DNA from: Clostridia bacterium
Lineage (GTDB): Bacteria; Bacillota; Clostridia; TANB77; CAG-465
Direction of reading: 5' to 3'
Length of the DNA: 64,000 bases
Assembly (NCBI GenBank): GCA_045536565.1
Contig: JAZSNU010000017.1
Location: 1 to 64,000 of the forward strand
Both the position numbers and the translations under genes were made by a program. Below the pieces are notes generated by a model that had not been told where the DNA came from, searched no databases, and saw only the letters and a list, made by a program, of their open reading frames with translations. Below, in pieces: positions 55,645-64,000 of this stretch. Numbering within the stretch: the first letter of the stretch is position 1; every line of letters starts with the position of its first letter.

Positions 55645-56331
55645 ATGAAAGAACAAAAATTTAAAGAATTAATAAATAAATTAGGAACTTGTAATAAATG
55701 CACGAATTTAAAATGCAAGGATAAATCATTGATTAATATTTTTGAAGACAATAATTTCTGTACTAATATACCATCTATTTGGACAGATTGGTTAAATAGA
55801 TTAGATTCTAAAATAATAATTATTGGGCAAGATTGGGGTCCACATAATGATATGAAAAAGTTAAACGAAATGCTTTATAGTGATAAAAGTAATTGGAATG
55901 AATTGATTGAATTTGAGAAAAGTAACACAAAAAAATTACTTGATTATTATATTGACGAATCTTCCAGTAATAAGTATAATCTTAATGATATTTTTATTAC
56001 TAATGCTATAATGTGTGCAAGACAAGGAAATAATTATAGAGGTAATAATATCGATTTGAAAAAATCCACTTTGAATTGCGGTGAATATTTATTAGAACAA
56101 ATTGAAATTGTAAAACCAAAAGTTATATTGACTTTAGGATATTATCCGTTATTATCATTATCAAATACATTTAATTTTAAAATAGATAAAACATTAAAAG
56201 AGACTATTTTAAATTATCCCGAGATAAAGATTAAAAATTATGTCATAATTCCTTTATATCATCCTGTTGCTCAAATAAAAAAAGCTGAGCAATTGGAACA
56301 GTATAAAAGAATATGGAAATATATAGATTAA
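55645..56331 (+). CDS. Uracil-DNA glycosylase superfamily protein
   Basis: N-terminal CxxC, IIGQDWG, ITNAIMC, IEIVKPKVILTLG, PLYHP. Confidence 0.8.
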   Translation: MKEQKFKELINKLGTCNKCTNLKCKDKSLINIFEDNNFCTNIPSIWTDWLNRLDSKIIIIGQDWGPHNDMKKLNEMLYSDKSNWNELIEFEKSNTKKLLDYYIDESSSNKYNLNDIFITNAIMCARQGNNYRGNNIDLKKSTLNCGEYLLEQIEIVKPKVILTLGYYPLLSLSNTFNFKIDKTLKETILNYPEIKIKNYVIIPLYHPVAQIKKAEQLEQYKRIWKYID

Positions 56332-56335
56332 GGAA

Positions 56336-57232
56336 GTGATAAAAATGAGTAACGAAGAGAAAGGTTTTGCGAAGTCGAACATTAACTGGTTTCCAGGACA
56401 CATGGTAAAAACCATTAATGATATGAAAGCAAATATTAAATTAATTGATATAGTATGTGTAGTATTAGACAGTAGAATACCAGACAGTTCAAGAAACAAT
56501 ATTATATTTGATATAGCCAAAGACAAGCCAGTAATAATTGTATTAAATAAATATGATTTAGCAGATACTGAAAAACTAGGTGAAAAGATTAATGAGTATA
56601 AAGAAAAAGGATACGAAGTAGTTTTAACTAATGCAAACCTTGGACAAGGTATAAGTGAACTAGTAAATAAAATAATAGAGGTAGGAAAAAAGACTAAGTA
56701 TTCAAATAAAACAAGTGAAGAATATAGTAAAATGACACCTGTATACAGAGTTTTAATATCTGGTATACCTAATGTTGGTAAATCAACTTTAATAAACAAA
56801 CTTGCAGGCAAAAAAGCAGCAAATGTTGGTAATAAACCAGGTGTAACAAGAAGTAAACAATGGATAAGAATAGATAATAATATAGATTTATTGGATACAC
56901 CAGGAATATTATGGCCTAAACTAGATGAAAATGACGCAGGCATGAAACTCGCATTAACTGGAAATATTAAAGAGGAAATATTAGATTTAGAAGAATTAGC
57001 CTTTTATTTTATAAAATACATTCGACAAAATCCTAAATATTTAAATTACTTAATTACAAGATATAATTTAGAAGAAGATATAGCTGAGCTAGAAGATTAT
57101 GAAGTATTTGAAATGATTGGTGCTAAAAGAGGTGCATATATAAAAGGCGGAGAGATTGACTATAATAAAACGGCTAAAATAATAGTTGATGAATTTAAGG
57201 CAGGAATAATAGGTAAAATTAATTTGGAATAA
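56336..57232 (+). CDS. rbgA: Ribosome biogenesis GTPase
   Basis: INWFPGHM, NKYD, GIPNVGKS, PGVT, DTPGILWP. Confidence 0.95.
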   Translation: MIKMSNEEKGFAKSNINWFPGHMVKTINDMKANIKLIDIVCVVLDSRIPDSSRNNIIFDIAKDKPVIIVLNKYDLADTEKLGEKINEYKEKGYEVVLTNANLGQGISELVNKIIEVGKKTKYSNKTSEEYSKMTPVYRVLISGIPNVGKSTLINKLAGKKAANVGNKPGVTRSKQWIRIDNNIDLLDTPGILWPKLDENDAGMKLALTGNIKEEILDLEELAFYFIKYIRQNPKYLNYLITRYNLEEDIAELEDYEVFEMIGAKRGAYIKGGEIDYNKTAKIIVDEFKAGIIGKINLE

Positions 57233-57244
57233 GAGGTATGTATA

Positions 57245-60200
57245 ATGGGTAAAACTGTTAAGCTTACAAAAGAACAACAGCAAGTAATAGATGTAAGAGA
57301 TAGAGATGTATTAGTTGCTGCTTCTGCTGGAAGTGGTAAAACTTTTGTAGTAGTAGAAAGAATAGTAAATCGAGTTATAAACGATAATATAGATATTGAT
57401 AAAATACTGGTAGTTACATTTACTAATGCTGCTGCTGCCGAATTAAAAGAAAGAATAGTAAATAGGTTTTATGACTCTTTAAAAGATAAGGATATAAATG
57501 AAGATACAAAAAGACATGTACAAAAACAACTTACTTTAATTAACAGAGCACAAATATCTACAATACATTCTTTTTGCCTTAATGTAATTAAAAGTAACTT
57601 CTTTTTACTTAATATTGATCCTAATGTAAAAACATTGGACGAAAATAAAGCAAAACTTTTGCTTTTAGAAAGCATAAATGAAGTTATTGAAGAGGAATAT
57701 GAATTAAAAACAGAAATATTTTCTAAAATATTAGAAATATACAAATCAGAGGAATTTGTTATAAATTCACTAGAAAAGTTATATAATTTTTCAAGAACAA
57801 TGGTAGATTCAAAAAAATGGTTAGAAGATTCACTAAACAAATACAGTATAGAAGGTGTAAAAGATTTATCTGAAACAGATTTTGGAACTCAAATTATAAC
57901 AATGATTATGGAGAAAGCAGAACTATTAGAAAATGAATTGACTAGTATATGCGATAAAATTAGAGGAGATAGTGATTTTCAAAGCAGGTTAGATATATTA
58001 GAAGGTATTAAAGAAAATGTTGAAAGCATAAAACACTTAAATAAATATGATGATATATATTCTAACATAAGAAGTATATTACCACTTTCAAGATTACCAA
58101 GTAGTAGGTGTGTAAACGAAGAATTAAAAAATGAAGTATCAAATGTTAAAAAAAAGATTGCTAGTGAATTAGAAGATATATCAAAAATTGCATATTTAGA
58201 TACTGAAAACATATTAAAAGAGCTAAATTCAATGCATGAAATTTTAAATTGGTATGTAAATAGCACATTTAAAATAGATGAGGTTTATTCTAACAAGAAA
58301 AAATTATTGGGTCAGATTGATTTTAATGATTATGAACATTTAGCACTCAAAATTTTATCAAACGAAGATGTAAGCAAAGTATATATGGAAAAATTTGAAG
58401 AAATATATATTGATGAATATCAAGATACATCATATATACAAGAAACTATAATTAGTAAAATAGCTAAAAATAATAGAGTAATGGTTGGAGATGTTAAGCA
58501 AAGTATATATAGTTTTAGAAGTGCAGAGCCTAAACTATTTAACGAAAAATATGTAAGTTATAAAAAATATGAAGAAGAGGATAAAGAGGTATGTGATGCT
58601 AAAATCCTTCTATCTAAAAATTTTAGAAGTAGAAAAGAAGTATTAGATAGCATCAATTATATATTTTCAAAAATAATGTCCGAAAAAATAGGAGAATGTA
58701 ATTATTCTAATGATGAGTTTTTGGTTTATGGTGATGGTTATGATTTAGAAAAAGAAATAAATCATGATACTGAAATAAATATAGTAGAAACGAAGGAAGA
58801 AGAATTTGGCGAAGATGATGTATTAAAAGAGGTAGAAGAAATTACTGATACTCAAAAAGAGGCATGTGAAGTAGCACATAAAATAGAGGATATAATAAAA
58901 AATGGATATGAAATATATGATTTAAAAAAGAAAGAATATAGAAAAGCACAGTACAAAGATATAGTTATATTAATGAGGTCTGTATCTGGCAAGGCAAGTA
59001 TATATGAAGATGCATTAAAATCAATAAATATTCCAGTATTTTGTGATACTTCTGAGGGCTTCTATAACGGTGAAGAGGTAGGAATAATATTATCGTTATT
59101 AAAAGTTTTAGATAATAGTTATGACGACATTTCGCTTGTGTCTGTAATGTACAGTATTATTGGTGATTTTACACCAGACGATATTATGTATATACGAAAT
59201 TATGATAAGAGAGCATATTTTTATGAAGCTATCAAGAAAGCATATCTAGATGAAAATAATAAGGATAAGGAAATATATACAAAAATTAATGATTTATTTA
59301 AAATTCTAGATAAATTCTCTGTATATTTAAATACATACTCACTTGCTGAAACTATTTTAAAAATATATGAAGAAACAGGTATATATTATTCCTTTTATTT
59401 AGAGGAATTGGGAACACAAAAATGTGCTAACTTAGATAGATTAGTAGAAGTTGCAAGAAATTTTGAAAAAGAAGAAAAATCATCTCTTCACGAGTTTATA
59501 AATTACATAGAAAATATGAAAGAAAGTAAAGCTAAAGGGACAGATACACCTAAACTTTTAGGAGAAGGTGAAAATGTTGTTAGGATATTAACCGTTCATA
59601 AAAGTAAAGGTTTAGAGTATCCTATTGTATTTTTAGTAAATTGTTCTAAAAAATACAATACTATGGATACGGCAGATAGCATGTTATTTGATAAAGAATT
59701 TGGTATTGGACTAGATATATTTAATACGGATATTGGAATATCATATGCTTCAATTATAAAACAGGCTATAAAAGAAAAAATAAAAATTAGAACTTTGTCA
59801 GAGGAAGAAAGATTGTTGTATGTTGCTATGACAAGAGCAAAAGAAAAACTATATATATATGGAACGGTTAAGGATTATTCTAAATTTATAGATAAACTTA
59901 TGCAAAATTCAGATAAAATATCACCGGTTTTAGTTAAAGAATGTAATAACTATTTAAAAGTTATTATGCTTGCTTTAAATTCAAAGGCAACTGATAAAAT
60001 AGATAATTTTAAAATAAATGTCATAAACGGTAAAGAAATCAGCAACAAGGATAATGTGTCAAATACAACTAAAATAGATAGAAGTATCAGTATCAAAGAA
60101 AAGTTTATAAACGCATGTAAAGAAAAAGAAATTACAGAGAGTAAAATAAACTTGAGCTTTGAAGAAAAATATAATTATTTGGATAATTTAAATATTAAGA

Positions 60201-60826
60201 AAAAATATAGCGTAACTGAAATAAAAGAACAAAATATGGCAGAGAACGAGGAGATATTTAGTCTTGATGATAGTATAAATCAAGGTTTGAATTTAGAAAA
60301 TATAAAACCAAAATGCGTAGAAGATAAAATTTCAGCACTAAATTATGGAACTATAATTCATAGAATATTAGAAAAAATTGATTATAGCAAACTAGACAAA
60401 GAAAGTATAGATAAATGTATAGAAAGTGAAATCTCACAAACAGAATTAAGTGTACATAGTATTAAAAATAAAATATATGGTTATCTAAATAGTGAAATAA
60501 TTGATGAAATAAAAAATGCTGCTCTGGTGCAGAAAGAACAACCTTTTGTAATATTTGATAAATTAGAGAATATCTATAATGCTAACTTTGAAGAAAAAAC
60601 ATATATTCAAGGAGTTATAGACCTTCTTATAACAACCAAAGATAACAAGAAAATAATTGTAGATTTTAAAACTGATAAAGTAGAAAATGAGCAAGAGTTA
60701 ATAGATAGATATAGAGTGCAACTTGAAATATACAAAAAAGGTGTAGAGGTATCGTGTGGAGAGGAAGTTAAATCCATGTACATCTATTCTTTTAATTTAA
60801 ATAAAGCAATAAAATTAGAAATATAA
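57245..60826 (+). CDS. addA: ATP-dependent helicase/nuclease subunit A
   Basis: ASAGSGKT, TFTNAAAAELKER, DEYQD, VGDVKQSIY, NFRS, HKSKGLEY, YVAMTRAK, C-terminal QGVID..IVDFKT nuclease. Confidence 0.88.
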   Translation: MGKTVKLTKEQQQVIDVRDRDVLVAASAGSGKTFVVVERIVNRVINDNIDIDKILVVTFTNAAAAELKERIVNRFYDSLKDKDINEDTKRHVQKQLTLINRAQISTIHSFCLNVIKSNFFLLNIDPNVKTLDENKAKLLLLESINEVIEEEYELKTEIFSKILEIYKSEEFVINSLEKLYNFSRTMVDSKKWLEDSLNKYSIEGVKDLSETDFGTQIITMIMEKAELLENELTSICDKIRGDSDFQSRLDILEGIKENVESIKHLNKYDDIYSNIRSILPLSRLPSSRCVNEELKNEVSNVKKKIASELEDISKIAYLDTENILKELNSMHEILNWYVNSTFKIDEVYSNKKKLLGQIDFNDYEHLALKILSNEDVSKVYMEKFEEIYIDEYQDTSYIQETIISKIAKNNRVMVGDVKQSIYSFRSAEPKLFNEKYVSYKKYEEEDKEVCDAKILLSKNFRSRKEVLDSINYIFSKIMSEKIGECNYSNDEFLVYGDGYDLEKEINHDTEINIVETKEEEFGEDDVLKEVEEITDTQKEACEVAHKIEDIIKNGYEIYDLKKKEYRKAQYKDIVILMRSVSGKASIYEDALKSINIPVFCDTSEGFYNGEEVGIILSLLKVLDNSYDDISLVSVMYSIIGDFTPDDIMYIRNYDKRAYFYEAIKKAYLDENNKDKEIYTKINDLFKILDKFSVYLNTYSLAETILKIYEETGIYYSFYLEELGTQKCANLDRLVEVARNFEKEEKSSLHEFINYIENMKESKAKGTDTPKLLGEGENVVRILTVHKSKGLEYPIVFLVNCSKKYNTMDTADSMLFDKEFGIGLDIFNTDIGISYASIIKQAIKEKIKIRTLSEEERLLYVAMTRAKEKLYIYGTVKDYSKFIDKLMQNSDKISPVLVKECNNYLKVIMLALNSKATDKIDNFKINVINGKEISNKDNVSNTTKIDRSISIKEKFINACKEKEITESKINLSFEEKYNYLDNLNIKKKYSVTEIKEQNMAENEEIFSLDDSINQGLNLENIKPKCVEDKISALNYGTIIHRILEKIDYSKLDKESIDKCIESEISQTELSVHSIKNKIYGYLNSEIIDEIKNAALVQKEQPFVIFDKLENIYNANFEEKTYIQGVIDLLITTKDNKKIIVDFKTDKVENEQELIDRYRVQLEIYKKGVEVSCGEEVKSMYIYSFNLNKAIKLEI

Positions 60827-60869
60827 ATGTAACTTGTTTGTAAAAATTCAAACATACTTTGCCATTTTA

Positions 60870-60898
60870 TTGAAATGTTGTTATCTTTATTATAGAAT
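60870..60898 (+). promoter_or_regulatory. sigma-A promoter of pilin-like cluster
   Basis: TTGAAA-17-TAGAAT. Confidence 0.55.
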
Positions 60899-60928
60899 AA
60901 AAATAACGATGTAATTTGGAGTGATAGA

Positions 60929-61420
60929 ATGATTAAAAATAATGGAAAAAGGGCAATAGCATTAATATCATTAGTTTTAGTAATATTAGTGCTTTTGATG
61001 ATAACAGGATTAATTACTTATGTAAGTGTGGACATGATAGCAGAAGCAAAAAAAGTTGCTTTTTCAAAAGATATGACTACAATTTATGATTCTGTTCAAG
61101 AATATTATGCAGTAAATGGAGATATACCAGTTCTAGAAGGTGGTTATGAATTAAGTGCAGATGCGTATAGAAATAGTATAACAGAAGCAAGCCATAAAAC
61201 TGCACTTAATACAGAAATAATAAATAACGGGGACGAAGCAGCTACCTTTTATGAAATTGATATGAGTAAATTAGGAATAGAAGAAATGAGTTATGGAGTG
61301 AAAAAAACTGCTACTGATGTATTTTTAGTTTCAAATGTTTCACAAAATATATATTATTATCAAGGAAGAGAATTTAATAACAATATTCATTTTTCGAATT
61401 CTTATATTTTAGAAAAATAA
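60929..61420 (+). CDS. Type IV pilin-like protein
   Basis: Basic leader KRA then hydrophobic helix IALISLVLVILVLL; V.EYY..NG..P motif. Confidence 0.65.
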   Translation: MIKNNGKRAIALISLVLVILVLLMITGLITYVSVDMIAEAKKVAFSKDMTTIYDSVQEYYAVNGDIPVLEGGYELSADAYRNSITEASHKTALNTEIINNGDEAATFYEIDMSKLGIEEMSYGVKKTATDVFLVSNVSQNIYYYQGREFNNNIHFSNSYILEK

Positions 61421-61437
61421 TATTTAGGGAGGTTTTT

Positions 61438-62610
61438 ATGAATAACAAAAAGGGAATATCACTAGTTATGCTAGTTATTACTATTTTGGTAATGCTGATT
61501 TTAGCGTCTGTTATAGCATTTATCACTGCTGATTCTGTAACAAACGCAAAGTTAGCCGCTTTTGCAACTGATTTAACATCAATTGAGGATACAATTGATG
61601 AATATTATTTAAATAATAATTATTTACCTATTATAGAGGGAGTTACATATAGTAAATCATTAGTAGTATCTTTAATATCGCAAAATTCTGATGTGCTGGC
61701 AAGTGAAATTGCTGAAAATGGTGATGATGATGCCGTCTTTTATAGAGTTGATATGTCAAAATTACCAATTAAATATTCAACTCGTGGAAAAGAGGCAAAC
61801 GGAGATGCTACTGATATATATCTAGTATCAAGTAAAAACTTCAATCTATATTATTTAAAAGGTGTGGAAATATCAGGAGAATGGTATTTTTCGCTTACAG
61901 AAAAGTTAACTGGTAAGACTAAAATTAAGAGTAGTACATCAAATGACACATCAAATATAACTATGACTACTACATCTGGAATTAAACTTACTAAAAATAC
62001 AACTGATTGGACAAATGAGTTAACAGTTAACATACAAACAACATTAAAAACAAATGAAACTATTGAGTATTTTGTAGCAGAAATAGCAGCAGGTACATCA
62101 ACAACTAGTCCAGTAAGTGTTAATGTGACTGATATATTAAATAATAACGAAACAATCAGAAATGCTTTTAATACAAGCGAAACTAATAAAGTATTAAAAG
62201 TTAATAAATATGATACAACAAGTGGTTCTAATGTGCTTATTGCAACAACTGAAATTAAACTTGCTAACCTTGATATATTAGCACCATCTGTTATAGAAAC
62301 ATCTAATATTACATACAGTGAATATACTGATTTTATACTTGCTACATTAACAGGAGTAACTGATTTAGGCTCAAGCGGAATAAAAGAAGCAAGAGTGCTT
62401 TATACAAAAAAATTAGATGACAGTAATAATGAAGTGGCATATTATGAATATTTACCTGCTGAGATAACAGCAGAGTATGTAAAAAATACAGGTAAAACAT
62501 CAGCATTTAATATGATTAGACTTCCAAAAGATGTTGTTTCATATGTTTTGGTATTTATAGACAATGCTGGAAATATATCTACACCTACTACATATACGGT
62601 TAATTATTAA
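61438..62610 (+). CDS. Type IV pilin-like protein with C-terminal extension
   Basis: KKG-ISLVMLVITILVMLILA class III-like signal; shares globular motif with neighbours. Confidence 0.7.
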   Translation: MNNKKGISLVMLVITILVMLILASVIAFITADSVTNAKLAAFATDLTSIEDTIDEYYLNNNYLPIIEGVTYSKSLVVSLISQNSDVLASEIAENGDDDAVFYRVDMSKLPIKYSTRGKEANGDATDIYLVSSKNFNLYYLKGVEISGEWYFSLTEKLTGKTKIKSSTSNDTSNITMTTTSGIKLTKNTTDWTNELTVNIQTTLKTNETIEYFVAEIAAGTSTTSPVSVNVTDILNNNETIRNAFNTSETNKVLKVNKYDTTSGSNVLIATTEIKLANLDILAPSVIETSNITYSEYTDFILATLTGVTDLGSSGIKEARVLYTKKLDDSNNEVAYYEYLPAEITAEYVKNTGKTSAFNMIRLPKDVVSYVLVFIDNAGNISTPTTYTVNY

Positions 62611-62625
62611 TAACGGAGGAGTTTT

Positions 62626-63411
62626 ATGAGAAAAGGTATTACAGCGGTGAGTGTATCTATTATGGTTGTTATTATGCTTATTTTAGCAGGAACTGTGTCA
62701 ATAACTTCATATAATAGTATTCAAAGCGCAAACAAAATAACATTTGCACTAGAACTTTCAGAAATTCAAGAACAAGTTACTAGATACTATAAAGATTCTG
62801 AATTGGGAGGGTATCCAATTAGTGATAATGTTTATACAGTAAATTTGGCTAATGTAACTACTAGTTCGCTTACTCAATTTGATAAAGAAAATATAAACTC
62901 AAATAATGAAATAACTTTATACGAGTTAGACCTTACAAGTATTGGAGTTACAGATACTAAGTATGGCACTAAAAAAACAGATAAAGATGTTTTTGCAGTT
63001 TCAACACAAACAGGCAGAGTATATTACTTAGAAGGATTAAAATATAACGGGAAAACATATTATACAATCACTAACGATTTAATAGATATAGACCAAAGAA
63101 ATGAAAATGTATCAGATGAGGAAAAAGAATTAATACCACCAGTGATAACTACTGATGGTATTGTAACAAAAACTTTATCATCAGGAGAAAAAGAAATATA
63201 TGTATCTAATATAAAGGTAACAGGCGATGATATACAATATGTAAAATATGAGCTAGGAGAAATTCCAGAAGAAAATGCAGTAGAATATTTTAGAAGTAAT
63301 GGAAATACTTTTAATTCTGATAGAATTAGATTAAAAGAGTTAACAACAATAACTATATATGCACAAAACAGTCAAGGAGAATATGACATTGTGTATGTAC
63401 AAAATAATTAA
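62626..63411 (+). CDS. Type IV pilin-like protein
   Basis: RKG-ITAVSVSIMVVIMLILAG; shared D.F.VS....YYL.G motif. Confidence 0.7.
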   Translation: MRKGITAVSVSIMVVIMLILAGTVSITSYNSIQSANKITFALELSEIQEQVTRYYKDSELGGYPISDNVYTVNLANVTTSSLTQFDKENINSNNEITLYELDLTSIGVTDTKYGTKKTDKDVFAVSTQTGRVYYLEGLKYNGKTYYTITNDLIDIDQRNENVSDEEKELIPPVITTDGIVTKTLSSGEKEIYVSNIKVTGDDIQYVKYELGEIPEENAVEYFRSNGNTFNSDRIRLKELTTITIYAQNSQGEYDIVYVQNN

Positions 63412-63453
63412 GTAAAAACATATATTAAGATAATATATAATTAAGGGGGAATT

Positions 63454-63945
63454 ATGAAAAGAGCAGAATACATATCATGGGATGAATATTTTATGGGTGT
63501 TGCGTTACTTGCAGCAATGCGTTCAAAAGATCCTAATACACAAGTTGGAGCATGTATTGTAGATAGTGAAAATAGAATATTATCTACTGGATATAATGGA
63601 TTTCCTAGTGGATGCTCAGATGATGAGTTTCCATGGGAAAGAGAAGGTACATTTTCGGAAACAAAATATCCTTTTGTTGTCCATGCGGAACTTAACGCTA
63701 TATTAAATGCTCGCGGTAAAAATTTAACGGGTGCCAAAATATATGTAGCGTTATTTCCTTGTAATGAATGTGCAAAAGCAATAATCCAAAGTGGGATAAA
63801 GGAAATTATTTACCTTTCAGATAAATACGCTACTGCTGATAATACAATTGCTTCTAAAAGAATGCTTAAAGCAGCAAGAATAAAGTTTAAACAGTTAGAA
63901 CCTTGTTCTGATTCATTAACTATAAATTTTAATACTAACGATTAA
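63454..63945 (+). CDS. dCMP deaminase (ComEB-like)
   Basis: WDEYFM, RSKDPNTQVGA, GYNG, HAELNA, PCNEC. Confidence 0.92.
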   Translation: MKRAEYISWDEYFMGVALLAAMRSKDPNTQVGACIVDSENRILSTGYNGFPSGCSDDEFPWEREGTFSETKYPFVVHAELNAILNARGKNLTGAKIYVALFPCNECAKAIIQSGIKEIIYLSDKYATADNTIASKRMLKAARIKFKQLEPCSDSLTINFNTND

Positions 63946-64000
63946 ATAAATGTATAAATAAGAATAAGCAATATTGAACAAAGCACATAATAATGATATA

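Noticed and set aside
60929-63945. Complete competence (comG/comE) locus
   Set aside because: No ComGA/GB, ComEA or ComEC in the window; the deaminase may be a plain dCMP deaminase

Overview
Very AT-rich chromosomal segment of a spore-forming, Clostridia-like Firmicute. Almost all genes lie on the + strand. The housekeeping backbone comprises queA/tgt, srtB, dpsA, uppP, folD, ctsR-mcsA-mcsB-clpC, rimP-nusA-ylxR-infB-rbfA-DHH-truB, argS, spoIIIAA-AH, rpmF, an RluA-family synthase, prfB, rnj, gltX-ileS, iscS, rbgA-addA and a dCMP deaminase. Short accessory blocks of orphan genes interrupt it, nearly all with their own near-consensus sigma-A promoter and most with a terminator hairpin. Highlights: (1) a 5 kb island between argS and spoIIIAA encodes a Sec-signal polymorphic toxin (5 x 68-aa SH3/GW-like repeats, pre-toxin linker, C-terminal nuclease-like tip), a small CxxC/CxxC immunity candidate and a secreted Cys/His plus Tyr/Asp-rich protein; (2) an Rpn/PD-(D/E)XK gene has an internal in-frame RBS+ATG and a duplicated C-terminal domain, and together with a DUF1737-like gene it is bracketed by two identical 29-bp terminator copies; (3) unrelated orphan ORFs share similar promoter/leader sequences, including a recurring TTACATAA motif, suggesting cassette-like shuffling; (4) several tandem paralog arrays, including three pilin-like genes lacking Glu5. 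I saw no rRNA, tRNA, CRISPR array, integrase or IS. All calls come from reading the sequence and recalled family motifs; no searches were run.
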